A stretch of 64,000 nt of DNA from Glaucostegus cemiculus. Its lineage: Eukaryota. The position numbers were made by a program, and so were the translations under genes. The stretch is taken from NCBI GenBank assembly GCA_976551045.1, contig CDPCPM010000125.1, forward strand, positions 1,302,001 through 1,366,000. The letters are read 5' to 3'. The stretch's first letter is position 1. The number at the start of each line of letters is the position of its first letter. This document shows, piece after piece, positions 54,170 through 64,000 of this stretch. Under the pieces are notes generated by a model that ran no database searches, was not told where the DNA came from, and saw only the letters and a program-made list of their open reading frames with translations.

Positions 54170-55310
54170 ATCTGTTTATTGTTGTCACTTGTATCGAGAT
54201 ACCGTGAAAAGCTTTTATTTACATGCCATCCAGACAGATAATTCCAAACATAAGCACATCGAGGTGGTTCAGAAGGGGGGATAAAAACATCAGAAAGCAG
54301 AATATAGTGTTACAATGACAGGGAAGGTGCTGTTCAGTGCAGATAGACAAATAAAGTGCAAGGACCGTGGAGAGGAAGTCTCAGAAAGCAAGAGTTCATC
54401 TTTATCGTATAAGAGGTCCATTCAACAGTCCGAAGACAACGTAATGGATGCTGTCATTCAGACTGGAGGTACGTGTTCTCAAGCGTTTAGATCTTCTGCC
54501 GGATGGGAGGGTGGAGAACAGAGAGTAACCGGGGTCGGGTCTTTGACTATGTTGCTTGCTTCTCCGTGGCAGCAGGAAGTGTATCCAGAGTCAATGGAAG
54601 GGAGACTGTTTGTTTTTTTGTGATGGACTTGGCTGTATTCAGAACTCTTTGTAATTTGTTGCGATCTTGAGCAGAGCAGTTGCCATACCGAGCTGTTACG
54701 CATCTGGATAGGAGCTTTCTTTGGTGGATCTGTAAAAATTCGTGAGGGTAATTGGGGGCATGAAGAATTTCCTTTGCATTCTAAGAAACGCTGTGCTTTC
54801 TTGGCCATTGTGTTCACGCGGCTGGATCCGTATCAATTGTTGGTGATATTTACAACTGTGTGCTTGAAGCTGTCAATTAACTCCACGTCAGCACATTTGA
54901 CAGACGGAGTGTGTACTCCTCCTTTCAGCCACTGATCAGATTTTGTTGTCTTGCTGACATTGAGGGAAAGGTTGTTGTGCTAACACCATGCCACGCGGTT
55001 TTCTATCTCCTTCCTGTACTCCGTCTCGTCGTTTTTCGGGTTACTGCTCACTGGGCTCTCCTCATCTGCAAATTTGTAGAAGCAGTTAGAATAGCACCGG
55101 GCCATAAAGTCGTGAGTGTATTGGAAGTAAAGTCAGGGCTTGCGGACATAGCCTTGTGGGACACCGGTGTTGAGGATAGTTGTAATGAAGGAGGTACTGC
55201 CTATCCGTACTATGTTCAGTTGGCGAGGAATTCAAGGATCCAATTGCGGGGATAGGGAGTGGGTGCCGACTATGAGTCCTGAGATTTTCAAGTGTATCAA
55301 TACGTCTTCC
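54170..55310 (-). mobile_element. Rex1/Babar LINE fragment, more diverged
   Basis: Related 3' UTR; MAKKAQR and GVPQG-like RT remnants. Confidence 0.8.
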
Positions 55311-55754
55311 ACTTCCATCCAAATCGGAAACAGGCAGTATGATGAGTTCAGTGGACCCTTCATAGACTGTGGGAAAATGCTGTCCACAGAGGACCTAGAA
55401 ATGCTGGGAATCCTTCACCATTAACAACGAAACACTTCAATTCCACAATTTTCGAAATTAGCACATTGTACATGAAGCAGACTTTGAAAACTGTTTCGCC
55501 AAAGTTATACGTTTAGATTAAACACCAACTGCTGTATGTGGAATGCGTCATACCGTGTTGGGAGAAATCGGGCTGAATATGTAACAGGGGCTTCCAATCC
55601 ACTCTTAGTTCACTCGGGGGCATTGCAAAAGTCATAAGCGTTATTAGGGCATGGTTGCCGGAACATCACAAGCAAGTACAAGCATATGACGTTAACAAAG
55701 GCAGTGGAACTCTATTAAAATTAAAACAATAAGATAATTAGAGAAACATAATTA

Positions 55755-55980
55755 GAGACATGGTCGTGTAGCGGTTAGTGTAACACTATTAAAGCGCCAG
55801 CGACCCGAGTTATCCGGTTTCCTCCCACATTCCAAAGGAGGCGTGTTAGGAAGTTGTGGACATGCTATGTTGGCGCTCGAAGCTGGCGACACTTGCAGCT
55901 GTCCCGGAACACTGCGCAAAAGATGCATTTCATTGTGTGTTTCGACCTATTTTTGACTAATGAAGATATCTTAATCTTAA
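55755..55980 (+). mobile_element. Internally deleted tRNA-derived V-SINE
   Basis: catggtcgtgtagcggttagtg (A box), ccggtttcctcccacattccaaag V-domain, (ATCTTA)n tail. Confidence 0.8.
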
Positions 55981-56253
55981 GTATTTGTTTATATGTGGTT
56001 ATCTGTTAATCAGTACATTTGGCAGTAAGAGTAAAGCGGCCAGAATGTTGTGAGCAACGCATCTGCAAAGATAAAGGAGGGCCGCACGCACCCGCCGACC
56101 GGCGAACAAGACGGGAGGAGTCAAATTTTACCAAAGATAAACCTAAACATAATATTCTTGGATTTCAGCGAATCTGCTGTGTTGTTTATTTCAATGAAGA
56201 AGATATATTTCCTTGAATGCATCATGAATTAACCATAACGTTTTTATTTTCAG

Positions 56254-56289
56254 AACTAGAAAGTGTAAGAGAACTGCTTAATGATGCAG
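56254..56289 (+). CDS. Micro-exon 22, 36 nt, ELESVRELLNDA
   Basis: tttttattttcag|AACTAGAAAGTGTAAGAGAACTGCTTAATGATGCAG|gtgagc. Confidence 0.9.
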
Positions 56290-57383
56290 GTGAGCGTTTA
56301 ATTACAGTGTCCAAAACTCTTACAGAATTTTGATGAAATCATGCAGTGCAAAAATGTAGAAAGAGTACTTTGAAATCCTTAAGATAAATAAATAAGCTAC
56401 ATCAACGTCTAGCACCGCTATTGAAACAAAATATTATGAAGGAGCAGAAGGAATACAACATTGCATGGAGGTGATGTCCTTGGATAGGCCACCCCTGGAA
56501 TTTCGCTCCCAAAGGAGACTTAAGCAACTTCTGCTTTATGACTTCCGGTCTATCAAAGAGATATCTTGAAATGCACATGCTTGTGAGTTTTATCTGAATC
56601 TAAAGATATGGAAAACGAAGAGGTGGAGAGAAACGTTGTTTTGACACACCACGTAAGGTTCTGAGGCTTTTTGTGTCAGGTGTACAAAAGCTCCGAATTC
56701 ACTCTACTGGAATCGGCATCTTGAACTCATTCAATCCAAACCAACATTCAAAACCTGAATTTGCTATTTTCCCTTCACTTCAGTGTAAATAAATGCATTT
56801 AGGGAATTTAGAAACGAATGCATTCGTTTACATATTTCGGTAAGATCCCACGTATTAGATGTTCTTAAAAATGGCGATTCTGGTAGACCGCTCTCACTCT
56901 AGGCTCAGCACCCTATAAGCACAACAGCGAGTTACACTATAATATGGAGATTATGGCAAGTCGTTTGAAGTCAGTCAGGCGTGTGGGAGTAAGAAATCGT
57001 CAGTTCAGTGAGGTCGCAGATTGTACAATGGCACCAGCTGGAAATAATTACGTCTCACTTCATCCTTGAAAAAATCAATTCAATAATTTACACGATGATG
57101 ATTGTGTTTGAGGATTGTGGAGAAATGAAATGGATAAGGGTATTCATTTACAGATGATTCGTGAATGAACTAATATCAGGTCATATTATTAGGCTTTTTT
57201 TTTTAGTTACTTGTTGTATTGATCAGAACAATTCCTTTCGCCAAGAATGATAACATAAATGTTTAAGTCATGCACCATGCGACAAGAGAATATTGCTTAG
57301 CACGCAACGACAATGCGGCTTTTCGAGGTTTGCTTAAGAAGGAAAGCACCAATTAAATTGACATCGACTTTCAGTTCTTTTCC

Positions 57384-57450
57384 ATTATTATTGTTGTTAT
57401 TATTATAAAGATTGTTATCATTATTATCATTGTTATTGTCATCGCTCATC
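57384..57450. repeat. Imperfect (ATT/GTT/ATC)n microsatellite
   Basis: attattattgttgttattattat...atcattattatcattgttattgtcatc. Confidence 0.8.
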
Positions 57451-57764
57451 GTCTTCATTATCAATTTCTTCGTCGCTGAATTGTATCATTATTATTCCTT
57501 GCACTTCATATCAAGGTATCATGGAGTTTGCAGTATTGAAATGCAGCAGATCCTGTGATCGGCTGATAATTTGATGAGATCTACTTTCCTCTAAATATTC
57601 CCATAGCTGTTCCCTTCTCTGTTAAACACTTTGCCCTATCAGACCTCTGTTATGTTGGGTCTACAGATTCAGAAACCGTGTCTGCATTTGGGGAAGAGGG
57701 CAACATTGAAAGCTACGAGACGCAAGGAGTTAACTGAATGTTTATTAATAATACTGATCAACAG

Positions 57765-57791
57765 GGAGAAAACTGAACAGAAAGGAAAAGG
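57765..57791 (+). CDS. Micro-exon 23, 27 nt, GRKLNRKEK
   Basis: ctgatcaacag|GGAGAAAACTGAACAGAAAGGAAAAGG|gtaagt. Confidence 0.82.
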
Positions 57792-59820
57792 GTAAGTACA
57801 TTCCGGTAAAAAAAATACTTGACACTTAAATTTCAGTGAAATATTTCCACTGTACAGACAGAAGTAAATTAAATTATGCAGCAACACTAAATAGACACTA
57901 GGCAAATTTTGGAAACTACGTGATGGGAAGTAAACAAAACCAAACGAAACTACTCAGCCGAAGGTTCCTTGAGGCTCAGAGATCCATGTGTGAACTATTA
58001 TTGCCCTTTAATTCTCAAAGCTATTTTGGAAGTTCTGTCCAGCGGTTTTGTTTCGTACCGTCACAAACACATTCCTGAAAGTAACTGTCCAGCGCTGGAA
58101 AGTTAGTTTGGCGTTTAAAGTATTACAAAACATTTTATGGTGAAAGTGGAAACGGAGTTCTCCATTAAACAACGATTTAAACCAGTTCCCGTGATTACAC
58201 GAACGAGATATTTCCAAGCAGAGATTGAGGAAATGGAATTTTGATAAAAGGCTTTCAAAATTCCCCATGTTCTTACAAATTCATGCGTTGAACTGTGACT
58301 AAGCTACTGTTTAAGGATAAATTTTGGCAGTACCTTCAGGGCCCAGAAAATGTATTTTAAAGGAGCTCACAACCGACTAATCATCACCAAAACTTATCTC
58401 TATCCCATGTCACCTGGATTGCAAAATAATTGAGAAGTATTTGACTTTTCATTCACTATATTGCGCTTGACAGATCCGGCTTGCGTCGTTAAATTTGGAC
58501 TTATTTACCATTTGCGGCCACTCGCCACACCAAAAAAGAAATCCGCCTCTTTGTTGTAGCCTTATCGCAGGGCAGAACAGCCCAAAAGGGGTGACGAGAT
58601 TTTGCAGGGCAGAAACTATCCGTGCATACGGATTGTCCTGACATCATTCACCAGATCGTACTTCCAGAAGGGTATTCGACTATTTCCAAATACCTCTGAT
58701 TTATAAACCGTGCAAAAACTATTCAAATAAGATGTATTAAAACAACCTAAATATTCATTTCAGAATGAAGAGGACGTCAGTACATAAACTGAGAGTAAAT
58801 AGAGAAAGAGAATGATTTGTTCTGCGTTGGACGCAGACAGGAAGTAGTCATCTACGTCACGATTAGAAAATTAGAGATTTAAAAATGAGGAAACATTGGA
58901 TGAGGGGAGAGTTAACAGGCAAAAATAGTCCATGACTCCATGACTGATATCTGTTGGGTACAGTCAGGCTCAACAGACAATGGGTTTACTGCTGTTCCTT
59001 ATCCATATTGAAGAGTATGAAGAAATGTGCTGCGCAAACTTGCTTATCTATGAGGTATGAAAATGTTAAGGCAATATCACCAACATAATTACCCTGGATT
59101 GAATGGCCGGGCTACTTCTCTTGGAAGTGCATCCTCAGCCTTCACAAGGCGGTGGTTAGTTGGCCAATTAATAACTTCACGACACTGGTCACTAGGTTTG
59201 AAAGCAAGGTTCTGTTTGGACATTGGTGAAAAGGACTATTACAAAGTCAATACATTAAAGTGAGAGAGGAAACTGAAATACAGAGCGAAGGAAAGTCATT
59301 TTGGTATTTGGATAGCCTTGTTACTCGGAGCATGAACGTGTGTCTTGGGTCGTGAGAATCGAATGCATGCTTGTTGTCTTTCTCTGAAATTGTATTCCTC
59401 TTGTCAACGTTATCTAAACGTGAATTGCTGACAGCTGCGCTAACACCCTCCAGCAAATATGAATTCGACTATCTTCTACAACGTTCCGATAATCGTATGT
59501 GCCCTAAATGATTTGACAGTGATTATTTGTTGTTTGCCAACCTAAATGACTGGAGTGTCATTTTTATGTCTTACAAGCACAGGAAACAAACTTCATGATG
59601 ATATTGTACAACATTCTCTCTCGCTTGGCCTTGCCGCAAAAGTCTACCAATTCCTCATGTGCCATACATTAGAAACAAGTGTGCATCCAAACTGAGCCCA
59701 TTTGAATATATGAGTGTGTCTATGTGTGTTTGTGTGTATACATACGATAGAAATATATGCTCCCATGTTTATATACTGCTGCTATACTACTTACGTCTGG
59801 TTTTGTTTGTTCTTTTACAG

Positions 59821-59856
59821 AAATCGAGACTTTACAAATTTCATTGAAGGATGCAG
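59821..59856 (+). CDS. Micro-exon 24, 36 nt, EIETLQISLKDA
   Basis: ttgttcttttacag|AAATCGAGACTTTACAAATTTCATTGAAGGATGCAG|gtagga. Confidence 0.9.
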
Positions 59857-60194
59857 GTAGGAGACAAACTTTTCTCAATTGCATTTAGTGACTGCGATTC
59901 TCTGATAATTCTTTTGCATTTCCAAGCGATAGTTTTCATTTTTATTACTACATTTTCCGGACACCATGTAATGAGCCAAACATTACTCGAGATTACTTAC
60001 ATGAAGCGTTTGTATACAGGAGTGAACACGACAATGAAATACATGACGCTGTTGATTCCAATCAGCTCATTTGCATGTGCAGACTGCAGATGTTTACTAA
60101 ATGTAGCTTTAATAAACTATAAGACTCTTCTCCTATATGTGTCACGACGCCTTTTGAAAACCAATATTGTGTACTTTTTTGTTTGTCTCCGCAG

Positions 60195-60221
60195 AAAATG
60201 CACTGAATAAATTGAGAAAAG
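60195..60221 (+). CDS. Micro-exon 25, 27 nt, ENALNKLRK
   Basis: ttgtctccgcag|AAAATGCACTGAATAAATTGAGAAAAG|gtatga. Confidence 0.88.
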
Positions 60222-61107
60222 GTATGAGCGGTAAATGTGCAGCAGGTCTCATTTTAGGTTTTATTCCGTTACATATGATGAAGAATAATCTGGAAAGAAA
60301 TAATTTGTTCTCAGATAGAGCTGTTTTAGAATAGCTATGACTTTACGTGAGATTGCCATGCAGTATGGTGAAACAATATAAAGCTTACATAAGGATAGCG
60401 AGCTTATGTTGTGTACTGCTTCCTATCACGTCACTGAACAACTTTTCCCCGCTGATGAGGTCATGGCACCTATCTTCCTGTCAACAGTTGCATTTCTGCG
60501 AAGCCAAAGGGCTACTAACAAAAGTATAGAAAATACCTTCGACTGTCTTGAACCATTTACATCTTACAAGTCGTGATATATGATCAAGCTGTAGAGGCAT
60601 GTGATTTATGCCGAATATTCTGAACGAAGTTATTCACTACCCTTCTCCCAACAGCGAGGCTTCCATTATTTGTTCACGTGATCGCCGCAATGTTAAGCAA
60701 GTGATGACTGAAGACAACGGTTTTCAAAGAGAAAACTCAGCATTTGTACGATAATCTGCTCGTTAACTTTTGTCTATTTTCGTACTTTTTCAATGACTTG
60801 GCAAAAGTGTACTTCTGTTCGTATTGCAAGATTTTTACAATATATTATGGATGGAGTAAAATGCCCTAACCTTTCAAGTTCGCATGAAGTTTGTGGAGCA
60901 AATCATATCGCTAAAGCTGAAAGAGTGCGTCTTCCATTATTCACATGCCCGATGCAAAAATAAAATGCTGTGATGTGCAGGATAAACTGAATCTATATTT
61001 TTCCACAAGATTTGATGTTACCTCCATAACTTTAAGTGTAATCTAGGAAGTTATGTGATTCCGAATGATGAGTTTGATTAATATTTTAACGCATATTTCT
61101 TCGCTAG

Positions 61108-61134
61108 ATTTGGAGGATATTCAGCTGAAGTGCA
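61108..61134 (+). CDS. Micro-exon 26, 27 nt, DLEDIQLKC
   Basis: tttcttcgctag|ATTTGGAGGATATTCAGCTGAAGTGCA|gtaagt. Confidence 0.85.
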
Positions 61135-61270
61135 GTAAGTAACAGTCATCAGCTATTACTTTGCATTTGGCACAGTGATATGTATTTTCACTTTATTCAT
61201 GGAATTCTATTCCTGATCTTCTGTCGCAAACAGGACTGAGATTTAAATTACTTCACATCTTTTGTTACAG

Positions 61271-61297
61271 AGTTAGACGAAGTTGAAAGAAACATAG
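61271..61297 (+). CDS. Micro-exon 27, 27 nt, (K/E)LDEVERNI
   Basis: ttttgttacag|AGTTAGACGAAGTTGAAAGAAACATAG|gtaatt. Confidence 0.82.
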
Positions 61298-61648
61298 GTA
61301 ATTGTAATTTTGTTCCATGTTTTTCCCGCTCAAAAAACATAATGGCATTCTACAGTGTCTGTAAATAAATTTGAATGCTGAACAGTATTCAAATTTACAG
61401 AAAAAAAGAACGTTTGGAAGTTTATCCTCTAATTTGCTGCAGACCTTGACTGGATAGAACTTATTTCTAGCGGCTGTGATACAAGGCAATATTGCACTTC
61501 TTCCCAGGTTTCCTGTAGCGAACCTTCCACTTTGCCTTATCTGTTATTATTCAGTTCCACACTCCTCATCCATTTGAAAAAAAAACTAACTACTATTAAT
61601 GATTCAATGTTCCAATCCTTATTCTGTCACACGAATTCTAGTATCTGT

Positions 61649-61711
61649 AATTTAATTCACTGGTTAGAGAGATTAATTTAATCCACTGGTTAGAGAGATA
61701 AATTCAATTCA
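61649..61711. repeat. 26-bp tandem duplication (~2.4 copies)
   Basis: aatttaattcactggttagagagatt / aatttaatccactggttagagagata / aattcaattca. Confidence 0.8.
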
Positions 61712-62839
61712 TTGCAGATCATTTCTATCTGTATATGATGAAAATGTTCATCCAGCTCTAAATGGCTTCATAAGCTTAATTCCATGAAATTTATCTTGTT
61801 TTCAGTCATTTAGATTGTTCTTTTATCCGTTTCAAAGTTTACGACTTATGCAGTAACAAAACTGTAGTGTGATCTGAGACCAGAAAAGTGTTAAACCCAT
61901 GCGTAATTCGCCGAAACTCAACTTGTTCATATTTGCAATATTTATCACGTGTTTTCATCAATCCGGTATAGATATGAGTTGGATAGTTTTACATTTTTAA
62001 ACACTGAAATTAAATGATTACTGGTTTGTTTTACCGTTGCCCTGATCTATTACTATCTGGATATTCAATTAGTAGTTTTACATTGCTTTCGATCACAATG
62101 CCTTTGGAAAAATGGGGAGAAAAAGCTGGATAACGATATCACCTTGTAAATTGTTGACTCGCCGGTTAATCCACAAAGTGTATTCTGCCAATTTCGCTGC
62201 CAGCCCACTTTCAAATATGCCGAGCTCCCACTTTCAAACAATTCACAATTATTCTGTAAACTTCCACTGAAACATTTATTGTCCTCCATGCGATATTATT
62301 GAAAGCTTTTAAAGATAACTGATATCCATTGCTGTTCAGAAGAAAAAAAGGAAAGTTCATTGGTAATTTTGAATATAAGTTTAAGAACTACATGTTACTT
62401 GACAAGAGCTGTTATGTTGATTAGCATAAATTTCCACCAATCTATTCACTGTCTTTCTTAAATACTGAAATTGTGTTTGTAATGTCCAATCACAAGGTAG
62501 AAAATATGGAGAGCACTAAGAATAATGACGGTCAACTCCGTTAATGTGACTATTAGTACGATATTATGAAGCTCCAGTGAATGTTGACGTTTTATAACTA
62601 TGGCTTTCTTCAGCTGTCCATTCTTTAGAATAAACTAACCCAAAACTATATTGCTCGTCAAGACATGGCTCTGTTTATTGAAATTCATAAATTGGATAAT
62701 AGTTTCACTCAAATTCTCCGTGTCCTTATTCTGTGGTAAATGGTCACAGACCTCCATCCAGAATAACACCATTCCACCACTATCGACTGTCTTATACGGC
62801 AAGGAAATTCTGAATCTAACCTACCAGTCACCATGACCG

Positions 62840-63471
62840 CAGGCATCTTGATTAGGGATCATCTTATCATGAGGGACTTTGCCAGATGCCTAACTAAACT
62901 CCAAGCAGAGAGCATCCACTGCCTTCATTAATAACCGTTGCCCCACCTCAAAAACATTCAATTACGTTTGTAAAACATGACGTGACCTGCGCAAAGCCAT
63001 GCTGACTATTCATAATCACCCATGTTTCTCATATGCATGTAAATCCTATGGCTAAGAATCCTCTCCAAATGCCTCCCGATCACTGATCTGAGGCTAACTG
63101 CCTAGGATTTCCTGGATTATCCCAATATCCTTTCTTGAACAAAGTTACAACATAGTTTACTCTGCAGTACTTTGGGACCTCTCCTGTTACTGTTGAGGAT
63201 TCAAGGATCTTCGTCAAGGCTCAAGCAATCTCCTCCATTACCTCTTTCATTAACTTGTGATATATCCCGTAGGTCCTAGGGAATTAGCCAGCCTGAGCAG
63301 CACCTCCTTGATCTCAAATTTCCCCAGCATATCAGTATGTCCCAAACTAATCACACTAACCTCCATGCCCTTCTCCTTGTTGAACACCGACGCAACCTAT
63401 TCATCCAGTACCTCACCCACGTCCTGCGACTCCAGGCAGAAATTCCATAATTTCCCGTTGAGTGGCCTTAT
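62840..63471 (-). mobile_element. CR1 LINE internal fragment
   Basis: caaagccatgctgact, atcactgatctgaggctaactg...tttcctgg and tttcttgaacaaag are the reverse of the PLFKKG...PG...VSL.SV...SQHGF region. Confidence 0.75.
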
Positions 63472-64000
63472 TGTTAAGTAACAGCAACAGAAAAAACACA
63501 CCGACTCATGTATAATTGTTATAAACTATTTTTTAATAACTACTTATGATAATAAGGAAGAAAAAATAAGAATGTTAAATATTAAACAGTAACACCACAA
63601 AACTAAACCTAAAGTATGTGTGTGGCATATTCCAGAACCACAAGTCCAGGAATAGTTCTCAAAATTCAGTTTGGCAAGCCATAAGGTGAAACATGAGCAA
63701 AGGATTTTGCACCACGGTTGACCAAAGTGAAAATGTAGAGAGAGAATAGACAGAAGGTACGAAATCCAAATGTTCCACGACAGAACCCATATAACATCTC
63801 AGTCACTGATGATCTCCACTGCTTTGTTCCGAAGAATCAGCCACCCCGAAAGGCATTTGAGACGTGGCCGTCCACAGAAATACCTGTTTCCTTCTACAGG
63901 TTAACGACAAAGTGGACGCCACTGGATTATTCCAAAAATCCACACGTGGATTGTAGTGACAGACAGTGACAGTCAAAGTCTCTCTCTCTCTCTCTCTCTC
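63472..64000. mobile_element. Probable LTR-like insertion interrupting the CR1, with a (CT)n tract; truncated by the window end
   Basis: Abrupt switch from CR1 to an unrelated sequence starting TGTTAAG; the other end is not visible. Confidence 0.35.

Larger units (their letters stand above)
1333..61297 (+). other. Interior of an unnamed micro-exon gene encoding a long coiled coil (both ends outside the window)
   Basis: 27 AG/GT-flanked exons of 21/27/36 nt, all open in phase 1. Joined: ARSLIEKDK EIQMLRANQKLG ELPNKST EDKLRQCEK DRFFTKFDA GLDKLLQDT AKSILEKDK EILTLTESLRQA EDKVKTCQA GSQTTGKDN EIESLRKKLEAA DTQTARKDS EIERLRKKLEDV AKTLEEKEI DTSQGETLK DLEMKLEYN KIHIKELEK DVDKLNIAIIDK EKELKNKDK EIAQINNTY EDNIAEKDL ELESVRELLNDA GRKLNRKEK EIETLQISLKDA ENALNKLRK DLEDIQLKC KLDEVERNI. 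Confidence 0.85.

Noticed and set aside
1333-61297. Naming the gene TRDN, BTN/BG, a TRIM or a myosin
   Set aside because: No diagnostic domain exon is in the window. The peptide has heptad hydrophobics unlike triadin KEKE tracts, and myosin or TRIM coils use larger exons.
1-64000. CRISPR array, rRNA or prokaryotic operon
   Set aside because: No repeat-spacer array or rRNA-like sequence; the window is eukaryotic intron-rich DNA.

Overview
This is AT-rich vertebrate DNA whose repeats (CR1, Rex1/Babar, Penelope, V-SINE/HE1-like SINEs, Tc1) look like those of cartilaginous fish; the taxon is my inference. The ORF track holds only transposon fragments and noise. The real signal is the interior of one large + strand gene built from micro-exons. 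I find 27 AG...GT-bounded exons between 1333 and 61297: 19 of 27 nt, 7 of 36 nt and 1 of 21 nt, 786 nt in total (about 1.3% of the span). All read open in symmetric phase 1-1 and all end in G or A. Joined in order they give a stop-free ~262-aa Glu/Lys/Leu-rich coiled coil in which a 27-nt plus a 36-nt exon makes exactly three heptads. The exons form paralogous classes that show tandem module duplication, and the introns hold many similar cassettes with broken splice sites. No start, stop, signal, transmembrane, Ig or B30.2 exon is visible, so the gene cannot be named. The first residue given for each exon assumes the last base of the preceding exon. Exon calls come from manual reading with no RNA evidence, and transposon boundaries are approximate.
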